A DNA stretch of 64,000 nt from Kiritimatiellia bacterium. GTDB taxonomy: Bacteria > Verrucomicrobiota > Kiritimatiellia > JAAZAB01. This document shows, piece by piece, positions 19,661-29,444 of the stretch. The stretch is from positions 32,001-96,000 of the forward strand of contig JAXGPF010000013.1 in NCBI GenBank assembly GCA_040767085.1, written 5' to 3'. Positions within the stretch are counted from its first letter, which is position 1. Each line of letters opens with the position of its first letter. Position numbers and translations under genes: made by a program. Below the pieces are notes generated by a model. The model was not told where the DNA came from and did not search any database. It worked only from the letters and a program-made list of their open reading frames with translations.

Positions 19661-20545
19661 TTATGGTTGGGCGGCCGGCGGCAGGTTGCACAGCCGGTCG
19701 TCGGGCAGGAGCAGGTTGTCAATCAGCCGGGTCTGGCCGATGCGGACGGCCAGGGCGATCAGGATCGGCCGTTCCATAGTTTCGACCGGCTCCAGCGTGG
19801 CTTCATCCACAATCTCCGCGTAATCAATCCGGGCTGACGGTGTCTGTTGGATTTGCTCAACCATGCTCCGGCAAATGCGGCCGGCGTCGCGCTCGCCTTC
19901 CCGATAAAGCCGCCGGGCCAGTTGCAGCGCGCGCATCAGGCAAAGCGCATCGCGCCGTTCGGCCGGGGCCAGGTACGCGTTGCGGGAACTCATTGCCAGT
20001 CCGTCCGGTTCGCGGACGATGGGCGCGATCATGATCCGCGCCGCGCAATGCAGGTCGCGCGCCATGCGCCGGATCAAGCGCGCCTGCTGCGCGTCTTTCT
20101 GGCCGAACACGGCGACATCGGCGCGGGTGATGTTGAAGAGCTTGGCGACGACCGTCAAGACGCCCGTAAAATGACCCGGGCGGGAAGCGCCGCACAGGCC
20201 CCGCGACATTCGATCTTCCCGGACCCAGACGGAGTGGTCCGCCGCGTACATACTTTCCGGCGGCGCGGGATGGAAGACAGCATCCACCCCGGCGTCGCGG
20301 CAGAGGGCGGCATCCCGCTCGAAATTGCGCGGATATTGTTTGAAATCCTCGTTGGGGCCGAATTGGGTTGGATTGACGAAGACGCTCAGGATGATTTTGT
20401 CCGCCGCTGCGCGCGCCAACTTGACCAGGGAAAGATGGCCGGCGTGCAGGCAGCCCATGGTGGGGACGAGTCCGACGGCATGGCCTGCCCGCCGCCATTG
20501 ATCGGCGATCAGATTCATTTCGGCGCCGGCATTGATGATTTGCAT
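19661..20545 (-). CDS. panC: Pantoate--beta-alanine ligase
   Basis: VPTMGCLHAGH, FVNPTQF, FGQKDAQQ, GLAMSSRN, RLIDN. Confidence 0.96.
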   Translation of the reverse strand: MQIINAGAEMNLIADQWRRAGHAVGLVPTMGCLHAGHLSLVKLARAAADKIILSVFVNPTQFGPNEDFKQYPRNFERDAALCRDAGVDAVFHPAPPESMYAADHSVWVREDRMSRGLCGASRPGHFTGVLTVVAKLFNITRADVAVFGQKDAQQARLIRRMARDLHCAARIMIAPIVREPDGLAMSSRNAYLAPAERRDALCLMRALQLARRLYREGERDAGRICRSMVEQIQQTPSARIDYAEIVDEATLEPVETMERPILIALAVRIGQTRLIDNLLLPDDRLCNLPPAAQP

Positions 20546-21366
20546 CAGTAGGTGTGTTCCGGGGCGGGATATTGGCCGGTTTCCACTTCGCCGCGGTAGG
20601 CAGCCAGGGCCTTTTGCGCGGCCCGGCCCAATTCGGCGTAGCGTTTGACGAATTTGGGGTGGAACTCTCCGGACAGGCCGAGCATGTCGTGCAGCACCAT
20701 GATCTGCCCGTCGCACCCCGGCCCCGCGCCGATGCCGATGGTGGGGATTTGCAAGGCGCGGGAAAGGCGCTTGCCCAAAGTAGCCGGCACGCATTCCACC
20801 ACCAGCGCGAAGGCGCCGGCGGTTTCCAGCGCCCGGGCGTCGCGCAGCAGCCCGGCGCTTTCCGCCGGCCTGCGTCCCTGGACCTTGTAGCCGCCGGTGA
20901 CCCGGAGGTTTTGCGGAGTCAGCCCGATGTGCGCCAGCACGGGAATGCCGTTCTGGACCAGGCGCCGGATCAGCGGGGCGCGGAAGGCGCCGCCTTCGAT
21001 CTTCACGGCGCCGGCGCCGGCTTCCTGCAGGAAGCGGCCCGCATTGCGCAGGGCGTCGTCCTCGGAAACCTGGTAGGACAGGAATGGCATATCGGCCACC
21101 ACCAGGGCATTGCGGGCGCCCCGGACCACCGCGGCGGTGTGATGCAGCATGACGTCCATGGTCACCGGCAGCGTGTGGTGGTACCCCAGCATCGTAGTGG
21201 CCACGGAGTCACCCACCAGGATCAGCGGCAGGCCGGCCTCGTCCACCAGTTTGGCGAAGGCATAATCGTAGGCGGTGAGGCAGGCTATTTTCCGCTGGTT
21301 CTTCAAGGCTTGAATTTTGGCGGCGGTCCATTTCACCGGCGGTGTTGTCTTTTGTGTTTTCACCAT
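20545..21366 (-). CDS. panB: 3-methyl-2-oxobutanoate hydroxymethyltransferase
   Basis: LTAYD, LVGDS, VADMPF, VKIEGG, HIGLTPQ, GIGAG. Confidence 0.96.
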   Translation of the reverse strand: MVKTQKTTPPVKWTAAKIQALKNQRKIACLTAYDYAFAKLVDEAGLPLILVGDSVATTMLGYHHTLPVTMDVMLHHTAAVVRGARNALVVADMPFLSYQVSEDDALRNAGRFLQEAGAGAVKIEGGAFRAPLIRRLVQNGIPVLAHIGLTPQNLRVTGGYKVQGRRPAESAGLLRDARALETAGAFALVVECVPATLGKRLSRALQIPTIGIGAGPGCDGQIMVLHDMLGLSGEFHPKFVKRYAELGRAAQKALAAYRGEVETGQYPAPEHTY

Positions 21367-21863
21367 TTGGCCTTCCATAATTTCACCCGCGGCGCCGCCG
21401 GCAAATCCGCCAGGATGGCGGACACCGCGGCGGCTTGCCCCGGCAAGCGCAGGCTGGGCCGGACATCGCACAGCGGCTGCACAACGAAGCGCCGGCCCTG
21501 CCAGCGGGGATGCGGGATCACGAGATTCCCGCGCCGGACGGTCCGCCGTCCGGCGTAAATAATATCAATATCAATCACCCGCGGCGCATGGCGCGGTTGT
21601 CCCGGCTGCCGGCCGATTTCCCGCTCCACCGCCTGCAGCGCCGTCAGCAGTTTGGCGGCGGAGAGCGCGGTCTTGACGATCAAAACCGCGTTCAAGAATT
21701 TAAGCGCCCGGTATTCGCGCAGCACGTCCACCGGCTCGGTCGCGTAGACCGGCGACTGCGCGATCAAGGTCAATGCGCCGCCGGCGGCGATCCGGTCGCG
21801 GGCGGCGGCCAGGTTGGCCAGCCGGTCGCCCATGTTCGAGCCAAGGCTCAATCCGGCTTCCAT
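21360..21863 (-). CDS. folK: HPPK, 2-amino-4-hydroxy-6-hydroxymethyldihydropteridine diphosphokinase
   Basis: LGSNMGDR, FLNAV, PRVIDIDI, IPHPR, FVVQPL. Confidence 0.94.
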   Translation of the reverse strand: MEAGLSLGSNMGDRLANLAAARDRIAAGGALTLIAQSPVYATEPVDVLREYRALKFLNAVLIVKTALSAAKLLTALQAVEREIGRQPGQPRHAPRVIDIDIIYAGRRTVRRGNLVIPHPRWQGRRFVVQPLCDVRPSLRLPGQAAAVSAILADLPAAPRVKLWKAKW

Positions 21864-21865
21864 GA

Positions 21866-22675
21866 TCAAATCCCGGCATTCAGCCCGAGCACATCCTGCA
21901 TGTTGTACAACCCCGGCTTGCGGCCCTTGACCCATGCCGCCGCGCGCAAGGCGCCGGCGGCGAAGCACTCGCGCCGCGTGGCGCGGTGGGTCAACTCCAC
22001 GCGTTCGCCATCGCCGGCAAAAATCACCGTGTGGTCGCCGACCACGTCGCCGCCGCGGACGGCGTGCATGCCGATCTGTCCCGGCGTGCGGGCGGACTGG
22101 ACGCCCTGGCGTCCGTGCGCCAGGATCGAGCCCGGCGTCTGCCGGCGCGCGATGGCGGCGTTTTCCGCCAGGCGCAGGGCGGTGCCGCTGGGTGCGTCTT
22201 TCTTGCGGCGATGGTGCATCTCCACGATTTCGATGTCATAATCGGCCAGCACACCGGCCAGTTTACCCGTCAAGGCGAACAGCACGTTGACGCCCAGGCT
22301 CATGTTGGGCGCCCAGACGATGGGGGTTTTCCCGGCGGCGCGGCGGACTTCTTCGCTTTCCTCCTGGTTCAGCCCGGTGGTGCCGATGACCATGGGTTTG
22401 CCCATCGCGGCCGCCTGGCGGGCGGCGGCCATGGTGGCGGAGGGGAAACTGAAATCAATCAGGACCTCCGCCCCGGCCGTGGCTTTATTCCAATTGTCGG
22501 TGATGGCGACGCCGTTTTCGGTGACGCCGGCCAGGAGCCCGGCATCCTTGCCCAGCAGCGGCGATTGCGGCGATTCCAGGGCGCCGGCGAGGACGGCATC
22601 CGGCATGCCGGCCATGACGCGGATAATCGCCTGGCCCATCTGGCCGCCGGCGCCCAATATGGCTATTTTGTGCAT
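21866..22675 (-). CDS. dapB: 4-hydroxy-tetrahydrodipicolinate reductase
   Basis: GAGGQMG, GTTG, EMHHRRKKDAPSGTA. Confidence 0.97.
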   Translation of the reverse strand: MHKIAILGAGGQMGQAIIRVMAGMPDAVLAGALESPQSPLLGKDAGLLAGVTENGVAITDNWNKATAGAEVLIDFSFPSATMAAARQAAAMGKPMVIGTTGLNQEESEEVRRAAGKTPIVWAPNMSLGVNVLFALTGKLAGVLADYDIEIVEMHHRRKKDAPSGTALRLAENAAIARRQTPGSILAHGRQGVQSARTPGQIGMHAVRGGDVVGDHTVIFAGDGERVELTHRATRRECFAAGALRAAAWVKGRKPGLYNMQDVLGLNAGI

Positions 22676-22685
22676 GAGCAATTCC

Positions 22686-23552
22686 TTAAAGCAGTTTCAA
22701 TTCACGCAGGATGTCCGCCAGTTTTTCGCGCGCGTCCGGGCGCAAGGTGGTCAGCGGTGGACGGTAAACTTCTTCAATTAATCCCTGCAAAGCCAGCGCC
22801 GCCTTGATGGGGATGGGGTTGGTGTCCATGAAAATGCCGGTGAACAGCCGGAAACACTGGCGGTGCAGCGCCCGGGCCTGCGTCCAGTCGTCCGCGAGGG
22901 CGGCATGCACCATGCGGGCCACCAGTTGCGGCGCGGCGTTGGAAGCCACGCTGATCACGCCGCGGGCGCCCATGGCCATCATCGGCAGCGTCAGGGGGTC
23001 GTCCCCGGAAAGCACACAGAGGCCGCACTCCTGCAGAATCTGGCTCACCCGCAGGACGTTGCCGGCGGCTTCCTTGATCGCCGCGATGTGCGGATGCCGG
23101 CTCAGGCGTGTTACAGTCTCAAGGGCGATTTCCACGCCGCAGCGGCCGGGGATATTGTAGAGCACCACCGGCAAACCCATATCCGCCACGGCGTGGAAAT
23201 GGCGATAGAGGCCTTCCTGGTTGGGCTTGTTGTAATATGGAGTAACCTGCAGCGTGCCGTCGGCGCCGCAATCCCGGGCGGCCCTGGTCAATTCCAGGGC
23301 TTCGCGGGTGGAATTGGCGCCGGTGCCGGCGATAACCTTGATCCGCCGCCGGCAGCATTTCACCGCGGCTTCGATCACGTCCAGATGTTCGCGGAAATCC
23401 AGGGTGGGGGATTCGCCGGTGGTGCCCACGGGGACGATGCCGTCAATGCCGCCGGCGATCTGGCGTTCGATCAACGCTTCCAGCTTGCCGTAATCCACTT
23501 CGCCGGCGGCATTGAAGGGCGTAACGATTGCGGTATAAGCGCCTGCAAACAT
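22686..23552 (-). CDS. dapA: 4-hydroxy-tetrahydrodipicolinate synthase
   Basis: GTTGESPTL, PYYNKP, YNIPGR, IKEA, NPIPIK. Confidence 0.97.
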   Translation of the reverse strand: MFAGAYTAIVTPFNAAGEVDYGKLEALIERQIAGGIDGIVPVGTTGESPTLDFREHLDVIEAAVKCCRRRIKVIAGTGANSTREALELTRAARDCGADGTLQVTPYYNKPNQEGLYRHFHAVADMGLPVVLYNIPGRCGVEIALETVTRLSRHPHIAAIKEAAGNVLRVSQILQECGLCVLSGDDPLTLPMMAMGARGVISVASNAAPQLVARMVHAALADDWTQARALHRQCFRLFTGIFMDTNPIPIKAALALQGLIEEVYRPPLTTLRPDAREKLADILRELKLL

Positions 23553-23651
23553 GATGCGACTCCCTTGAACAAATTAAACAACCTTGACGGCCAGCGGGCC
23601 CGGCTTGAACCTGTCTGCGCGATTTTTATTTCCATCTTGAAATCCAGCGGC

Positions 23652-23680
23652 AGGTTAGCGCGGGCATCTCCGAGCGTCAA
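23652..23680 (-). promoter_or_regulatory. Putative internal promoter for dapA-panC
   Basis: Minus strand TTGACG-17 nt-TAACCT. Confidence 0.5.
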
Positions 23681-23716
23681 GTCAAATCAGGCGCCAGTCC
23701 CGGCGTCCGGGCGCGT

Positions 23717-24970
23717 TCAAACCCGCGCATTGCGGAAGAGGTCGGCGATGGTTTCCGCGCGGCGGATGCGGCGCAACGCGCCGCGGCGGGTGATCAGGTA
23801 TTCGGCGCTGCGCAGGCGGTTGTTGTAGTTATGTCCCATGGCGTAGGCATGGGCGCCGGCATTATGGATGACAATATAATCCCCCACCGCCGCCCGCGGC
23901 AGGCGGCGGTCGCGGGCGAACTGGTCGTTATTTTCGCAGAGGCGCCCGACGACGTTGACCGTTTCCATCCGGCGGGGCGCCGCCCGGCCGGCCGGCAGCA
24001 AGCTGATATGGTGGTAGGCGTCGTAGATGGCGGGCCGCGGCAGATCGTTCATGCCGGCGTCAATGCCCAGGAATTTTTTCCAGCCCTGCTTGATGACATG
24101 GATGCGTCCGACCAGCCAGCCGGCATCGGCGGCAATGTAACGCCCGGGTTCGGCCATCAGGATCGGCTCCGGCAACCCGGCGCCGCAATGACGGTCAAAC
24201 GCGCGCCGGACGCCCCGCGCCACCTGGTCCAGGTTCAGGCTGCGTTGCTCCGGGCGGTAGGGCACACCGAATCCGCCGCCGATATTAATGCGCTCGATAA
24301 CGATGCCTGTCCGGCGTTGCACCTGGGCGGCCAGTTCCAGCAGGCGGTCGGCGACGGCGGCGAAATAGTCTTCCTCCAGCACATTGCTGCCGGTCATGGC
24401 GTGCAGGCCGAACCGCCGCGCGCCCAGCGCGCGCGCCTGGCGGTAGGCTTCCGCCAGGCGGTCGGCCGGCACGCCGTATTTGGCGTCCGGGCCCGCCAGC
24501 ACCAGGCTGCGCATGCCGCCGCGGGCGATCCCGGGATTGACGCGGAATGAAATGAATTCCGGCATGCCCAGGCTCCGGATGACGGGCAGCATGCTGATGT
24601 CATCCAGGTTGAGCAGGAACGCGCCGGTTTGCAGGACGAATTTGAATTCCGCCGGCGTGGTGTAATTGCCCGTGTACATGCCGCGGGCGCCCAGGCGGCG
24701 GGTGATCCAGGCTTCCGCCTCGCTGGAGGCATCCGCGCCGTAGCCTTCGCTGAAAATGATCTGCAGCAGGTCCGGGTTGGTGTTGGCCTTGACGGCGAAG
24801 AGCGGGTGGAACGTCGGGAAATAGCGGCGGAAGGTTTCGCGGAACCGCGCGCAATTATCCCGCAGACGCCGTTCCTCGTAGAGGAAAAAAGGCGTCGGAT
24901 ACCGCCCGGCGGCGCGCCGGATATCGGCGGCCGGCAGATAAAGCACTTCAGGATTGACGTGTTTTGGCAT
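23717..24970 (-). CDS. lysA: Diaminopimelate decarboxylase
   Basis: FAVKAN PLP lysine, NIGGGFG, EPGRY, CENND; adjacent to dapA. Confidence 0.93.
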   Translation of the reverse strand: MPKHVNPEVLYLPAADIRRAAGRYPTPFFLYEERRLRDNCARFRETFRRYFPTFHPLFAVKANTNPDLLQIIFSEGYGADASSEAEAWITRRLGARGMYTGNYTTPAEFKFVLQTGAFLLNLDDISMLPVIRSLGMPEFISFRVNPGIARGGMRSLVLAGPDAKYGVPADRLAEAYRQARALGARRFGLHAMTGSNVLEEDYFAAVADRLLELAAQVQRRTGIVIERINIGGGFGVPYRPEQRSLNLDQVARGVRRAFDRHCGAGLPEPILMAEPGRYIAADAGWLVGRIHVIKQGWKKFLGIDAGMNDLPRPAIYDAYHHISLLPAGRAAPRRMETVNVVGRLCENNDQFARDRRLPRAAVGDYIVIHNAGAHAYAMGHNYNNRLRSAEYLITRRGALRRIRRAETIADLFRNARV

Positions 24971-24990
24971 ATAGTCAAGTAAAGATTCTA

Positions 24991-25022
24991 CATGTTTTCG
25001 CGGTGCGCGCCGCGAAAACATG
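24991..25022. repeat. Perfect 13-bp inverted repeat upstream of lysA
   Basis: CATGTTTTCGCGG-tgcgcg-CCGCGAAAACATG. Confidence 0.8.
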
Positions 25023-25058
25023 ACGGTTTCTAGCGCAGCCGCTCTTTTCGTTGCAGCA

Positions 25059-25151
25059 GGTAGGGCGACGCCTCCGGCGGAGCCGTCCGGCGCGGCTCGC
25101 TCGGATCATGCCAAAGGCATGACTGGGAGCTTTATCCCGCTCCGCCCTGCC
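25059..25151. repeat. REP-like composite palindrome
   Basis: GGTAGGGCG...CGCCCTGCC outer arms; inner arms TCCGGCGGAGCCG/CGGCTCGCTCGGA; nested hairpins TCATGCC-aaa-GGCATGA and GGGA-gcttta-TCCC. Confidence 0.6.
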
Positions 25152-25161
25152 GGGAAAGCCT

Positions 25162-26409
25162 TTATGCGGTTGTCGCCGGCGCTTCGGCCGGCGTTTCCTC
25201 GGCGGCCGGGGCGTCGAGTTCGGCGTGCCATTCGGCGCAGGCATCGTCCAGCATGTCCAGCGCCTCGTCCACATCCTGCGGCTTGACGTTCAGCGGCGGC
25301 AAAAAGCGGATGACGTTGCCGGCGGTGGCCAGGGTGATCAGGCCCATGTCCATCAGGCGTTCTTCCAGGGGCTTGGCCGGCTGGTCGAGTGCCAGCCCGA
25401 GCATCAGGCCCTTGCCGCGGACTTCCTTCAGGTGAGCATACTTGTCCACCAGTTGCTGCAAGCCCTGCTGGAGGCGCTGGCCCATCAGCATGGCGTTCTG
25501 AAGCAGGCCCTCGTTCTTGATCACCTGCAGCGTGGCCAGCGCAGCGGCGCAGGCCAGGGGGGTGCCGCCGAAGGTGGAGGCATGCTTGCCGGGCTGGAGC
25601 ACGTCGGCCAATTTGCGGTTGGTGAGGATAGCGCCGATGGGGAAGCCGCTGCCGAGAGCCTTGGCCATGGAGCAGGCGTCGGGTTCGATGTTGTAAGCCT
25701 GGAATCCGAACCAGTTGCCCGTGCGGCCCATGCCGCACTGGACTTCATCGCAGAGCATCAGGATGTCTTTCTCGTTGCACAGTTCGCGCAATCCCTGGAT
25801 GAAAGCCGGGGTGGCGGGGATGATGCCGCCTTCGCCCTGGATGGCTTCCACCAGTACCGCCGCCGTATGGTCGGTGATGGCGGCGCGCACGGAATCGAGG
25901 TTGTTGAATTCGGCATGGATGAATCCGGACGGGAGAGGATCGAAGCCCTTCTGGACTTTTTCCTGGCCGGTGGCGGTCAGGGTAGCCAGGGTGCGCCCAT
26001 GAAAGGAATTGCGCATGGAGATGATTTCATGGCGTTGGCGGTCATGGCCCCAGAGCCGGGCCAGTTTGATCAGAGCCTCGTTGGCCTCGGCGCCGGAATT
26101 GCAGAAAAAGCACTTGCCGTGCAGCGCGAGTTCGGAAAGCGCCTTCGCCAGCCGGCCCTGGTGTTCGGTGTAATAGAGGTTGGAGACATGCGTCAGCTGG
26201 GCGGCCTGCCGGGCGATGGCTTCCGCCACGGCGGGATGGCTGTGGCCGACGTTGAGCACGGAAATGCCGGCCAGGAAGTCCAGGTAAACCTTGCCCGTGC
26301 TGTCCCAGAGCTTGGCGCCTTTGCCGCGCACAAAAACTACCGGCTGGCGGGCGTACGAAGGAACCACGTAATGATCGAACAGGTCAATGATGTCGTTGGT
26401 ATCAGTCAT
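25162..26409 (-). CDS. argD: Acetylornithine aminotransferase
   Basis: NSGAEANE, FHGRT, DEVQCGMGRTG, AKALG, STFGG; next to argB/argJ. Confidence 0.93.
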   Translation of the reverse strand: MTDTNDIIDLFDHYVVPSYARQPVVFVRGKGAKLWDSTGKVYLDFLAGISVLNVGHSHPAVAEAIARQAAQLTHVSNLYYTEHQGRLAKALSELALHGKCFFCNSGAEANEALIKLARLWGHDRQRHEIISMRNSFHGRTLATLTATGQEKVQKGFDPLPSGFIHAEFNNLDSVRAAITDHTAAVLVEAIQGEGGIIPATPAFIQGLRELCNEKDILMLCDEVQCGMGRTGNWFGFQAYNIEPDACSMAKALGSGFPIGAILTNRKLADVLQPGKHASTFGGTPLACAAALATLQVIKNEGLLQNAMLMGQRLQQGLQQLVDKYAHLKEVRGKGLMLGLALDQPAKPLEERLMDMGLITLATAGNVIRFLPPLNVKPQDVDEALDMLDDACAEWHAELDAPAAEETPAEAPATTA

Positions 26410-27280
26410 TTTTAACTATCTCCGTTCCTATTCCTTTGTCGGTGAATATTTCCAGCAAGAGCGAGTGGGGCAGGCGTCCGTCAATGATGTGCACTTTCTT
26501 GACGCCGGCGGCCAAAGCGTCCAGGGCGCCTTGAATTTTCGGCAGCATGCCGCCGCCGATGACGCCGCTTTTGATCAGGTCTTCGACTTCGGCGTGGCCG
26601 AGCGACGAAATCACGGATTGCGGGTCGGCCGGGTTGCGCAGGATGCCGGGGACATCGGAAAGGAAAACCAGCTTGCGGGCCTGCAGGGCGCGGGCCAGGG
26701 CGGCGGCGGCTTCATCGGCGTTGATGTTGTAAATCTGGCCGTTTTCGTCGCGGGCCAGCGGGGTAATAACCGGCACCATGCCGGAGCGCAGGCAGGCGCG
26801 CACCGGCTCGGCCTGGACCTCGGCGACCTGGCCGACAAAACCCAGTTCCACGGGTTGTCCGGTCTGGGCATCAATCGGTGTGTATTTGCGGGCGCGCAGG
26901 ATGCTGGGGCCCTGGATGCCGACCGCGCGCGCGCCGCGGGCCACCAGGGTCTCGACGATTTCGACGTTGACTTCATGGTTGAGCACTTCCGCCACCAGCC
27001 GGATGGCTTCCGCGTCCGTCACCCGCAAGCCCTGGCGGAAATTCGGTTGCAGGCCGGCCGCCTGCATCCGGCGCGAGATGGCCTTGCCGCCGCCGTGCAC
27101 CACGACCGGGCACAGCCCGACGCTTTCCATGAAGGCGGTGTCGGTCAGGATGCTGTCGTGGCAGGCGCGTTGTTCCATGGCGCTGCCGCCGAATTTGATG
27201 ACGACGGTTTCGCCCCGGAAGGCCTGGATATACGGCATGGCTTCAATCAGGACGCTGGCTTTTTCGATAATCGTTTGCAT
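26402..27280 (-). CDS. argB: Acetylglutamate kinase
   Basis: VIKFGG, VHGGG, GLRVTD, NINAD, GGMLPK. Confidence 0.96.
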   Translation of the reverse strand: MQTIIEKASVLIEAMPYIQAFRGETVVIKFGGSAMEQRACHDSILTDTAFMESVGLCPVVVHGGGKAISRRMQAAGLQPNFRQGLRVTDAEAIRLVAEVLNHEVNVEIVETLVARGARAVGIQGPSILRARKYTPIDAQTGQPVELGFVGQVAEVQAEPVRACLRSGMVPVITPLARDENGQIYNINADEAAAALARALQARKLVFLSDVPGILRNPADPQSVISSLGHAEVEDLIKSGVIGGGMLPKIQGALDALAAGVKKVHIIDGRLPHSLLLEIFTDKGIGTEIVKND

Positions 27281-27284
27281 GCGG

Positions 27285-28499
27285 TCAAGTCATGTAAGCG
27301 GCGTTGATGGCGACGTATTGGTCGGAGCAGTCGCAGGTGTAAATCACGGCGCCGGCCCGGCCCTGGTGCAGGTCCACTTCCAGCGTGAATGCCGGCCGGG
27401 CGATGACGGCATGGAGGGCTTCCTCCGGCAAGCCCGCGGATTGTCCCGCGCGCACCGCGCATTGGCCGTCATAAAAGATGTCCACCAGTTCGGGGCGGAT
27501 GGGCGCGCCGGAATAACCGGCGGCGCAGATCACGCGGCCCCAGTTGGGGTCGGCGCCGAACCAGGAGGTTTTAACGAGCAAGGATTGGGCGATGGCGCGG
27601 GCGACGCGGTCGGCGGCGCGCCGGCCCGGGGCGCCGCGCACGCTGACGGTCACCATCTTGGTGGCGCCTTCGCCGTCGCGCACGATCATCAGCGCCAGTT
27701 GCAGCGCCAGGCTCTGCAAGGCGCGCCGGAACCGCGGCCAATGCGGGTGCCCCGGCCGCAAAACCGCGTTGCCCGCCGCGCCGTTGGCCAGGCACAGCAC
27801 CGTGTCGTTGGTGCTTTGGTCGCCATCCACGGTGATGCGGTTGAAACTGCGGTTGACGGCGTCGCGCAGGGCAGTTTGCAGCGCGCCGGAATCCACGGCG
27901 GCGTCGGTGGTGAGGAAGGCCAGCATGGTGGCCATGTTGGGGCAAATCATGCCCGAGCCCTTGGCCATGCCGCCGATGACGACGGCGCGGCCGTCAATTT
28001 CCAGCCGCAGCGCGGCTTGCTTGCGGCGGGTGTCCGTGGTCATGATGGCGCGGGCGGCATCGGCGCCGCCATCGGCGGCGAGCTTGCCGGCCGCCTGGCG
28101 GATGCCGGCGTTGATCAGGTCCATCGGCAGGGGCCGTCCTATGGTGCCCGTCGAACAGACGAACACCGATTGGACGGGGATGCCGAGCAATTCGGCGGTC
28201 AGGGCCGCCATGGCCTGGGCATCCTGCTCGCCGCGCGCGCCGGTGCAGGCGTTGGCATTGCCGCTGTTGATGACGATGGCCTGGCCCGCGCCGCCCGCCA
28301 GGTGGGCGCGGTCAAGCTTGACCGGGGCCGCCTGCACGCGGTTGGAAGTGAAAACGCCGGCGGCGGCGGCAGGCGCTGCGGAGTAAATCAGGGCCATATC
28401 CGGCCGGCCAGGCTTGATGCCCGCGCAAACACCGCAGGCCTGAAAACCCGCGGGAGAGGTAATCCCGCCATCGTGAATTGCTTGCGCTTGATTTTTCAC
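27285..28499 (-). CDS. argJ: Bifunctional ornithine acetyltransferase/N-acetylglutamate synthase
   Basis: NSGNANACTG, MTTDT, KGSGMICPNMATML, DGEGATK, DPNWGR. Confidence 0.97.
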   Translation of the reverse strand: MKNQAQAIHDGGITSPAGFQACGVCAGIKPGRPDMALIYSAAPAAAAGVFTSNRVQAAPVKLDRAHLAGGAGQAIVINSGNANACTGARGEQDAQAMAALTAELLGIPVQSVFVCSTGTIGRPLPMDLINAGIRQAAGKLAADGGADAARAIMTTDTRRKQAALRLEIDGRAVVIGGMAKGSGMICPNMATMLAFLTTDAAVDSGALQTALRDAVNRSFNRITVDGDQSTNDTVLCLANGAAGNAVLRPGHPHWPRFRRALQSLALQLALMIVRDGEGATKMVTVSVRGAPGRRAADRVARAIAQSLLVKTSWFGADPNWGRVICAAGYSGAPIRPELVDIFYDGQCAVRAGQSAGLPEEALHAVIARPAFTLEVDLHQGRAGAVIYTCDCSDQYVAINAAYMT

Positions 28500-28500
28500 T

Positions 28501-28543
28501 AAAATTTCACCGCGAAAAAACCGGGCATGCCAGGTGAAATTTT
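28501..28543. repeat. 11-bp inverted repeat between rpsI and argJ
   Basis: AAAATTTCACC (28501-28511) / GGTGAAATTTT (28533-28543). Confidence 0.6.
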
Positions 28544-28941
28544 TAACGTTTGGAGAATTGGAAGCGTTTGCGCGCGCCGGGCTGGCCGGGCTTGGTGCGT
28601 TCGCGGGTGCGCGGGTCGCGCGTCAGGAATCCGCTGTTTTTCAGCACTGCCCGCAGGGATTTGTCAAACCCCACCAGGGCGCGGGCAATGCCGTGCCGCA
28701 GGGCCCCGGCCTGGCCGGCCGGACCGCCGCCGCGCAGGTGCGCCTTGATGTCGAAGCGCGCCTGGCTGTTGGTGATGACCAGCGGCTGCAGCGCGAAGTT
28801 GCGGTGGGCGGTAACGGGGAAATAGTTTTCAAGCTTGCGCCCGTTGATGGTCATGGCGCCGGCGCCTTCCGACAGCCAGACGCTGGCAATGGCTTCCTTG
28901 CGCCGGCCGGTGGCGGTGATAATGGGCTTTGCGGATTCCAC
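28543..28941 (-). CDS. rpsI: 30S ribosomal protein S9
   Basis: TGRRKEA, GGGPAGQAGA, LTRDPR, ARKRFQFSKR. Confidence 0.98.
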   Translation of the reverse strand: MESAKPIITATGRRKEAIASVWLSEGAGAMTINGRKLENYFPVTAHRNFALQPLVITNSQARFDIKAHLRGGGPAGQAGALRHGIARALVGFDKSLRAVLKNSGFLTRDPRTRERTKPGQPGARKRFQFSKR

Positions 28942-28961
28942 GGGTATTAGGTCCTCCAGTA

Positions 28962-29390
28962 TTAAATGCCCAGAGCCTGCGGCGCTTGGGCGGCGTGCGA
29001 ATGCCCGGCATCCGGGTACACTTTCAAACGCTTGAAGGTGGAGCGCATCAGGCGGTTTTTGGGCAGCATGCGCCGCACGGCGTCGTACACCATGCGCTCG
29101 GGATTCCTGGCCCGGATCGCTGCGGCCTTGGTTTCCTTGAGCCCGTGGCGATAGCCGGAAAAATCGGTGTAGATCTTTTGGGTTTCTTTTTTACCGGTCA
29201 GCTTCACTTTCCGGGCGTTGATTACGACCACGTAATCGCCGGTGTCAACATGCGCCGTGTAGATCGGCTTGTGCTTGCCGCGCAACACGTCGGCCACGCG
29301 CACGGCCAGCCGGCCCAGAGGTTTTTCGGAAGCGTCAACCAGGTGCCAGGCGCGCTTGATTTCAGACGCCCGCGGTACGGTTGTTTTCAT
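28962..29390 (-). CDS. rplM: 50S ribosomal protein L13
   Basis: LGRLA, GKHKP, DTGDYVVVINA, MLPKN; SD GGAG before ATG at 29390. Confidence 0.98.
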   Translation of the reverse strand: MKTTVPRASEIKRAWHLVDASEKPLGRLAVRVADVLRGKHKPIYTAHVDTGDYVVVINARKVKLTGKKETQKIYTDFSGYRHGLKETKAAAIRARNPERMVYDAVRRMLPKNRLMRSTFKRLKVYPDAGHSHAAQAPQALGI

Positions 29391-29415
29391 GCCTGCTTCT
29401 CCTTTAAAAGGGCAA

Positions 29416-29444
29416 ACCATAGCTGAAATACGGGAGCGTGTCAA
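29416..29444 (-). promoter_or_regulatory. Promoter of rplM-rpsI
   Basis: Minus strand TTGACA-17 nt-TATGGT. Confidence 0.7.

Noticed and set aside
24971-25161. Lysine riboswitch upstream of lysA
   Set aside because: Conserved L-box elements are not recognisable; the structure is better explained as REP-like palindromes
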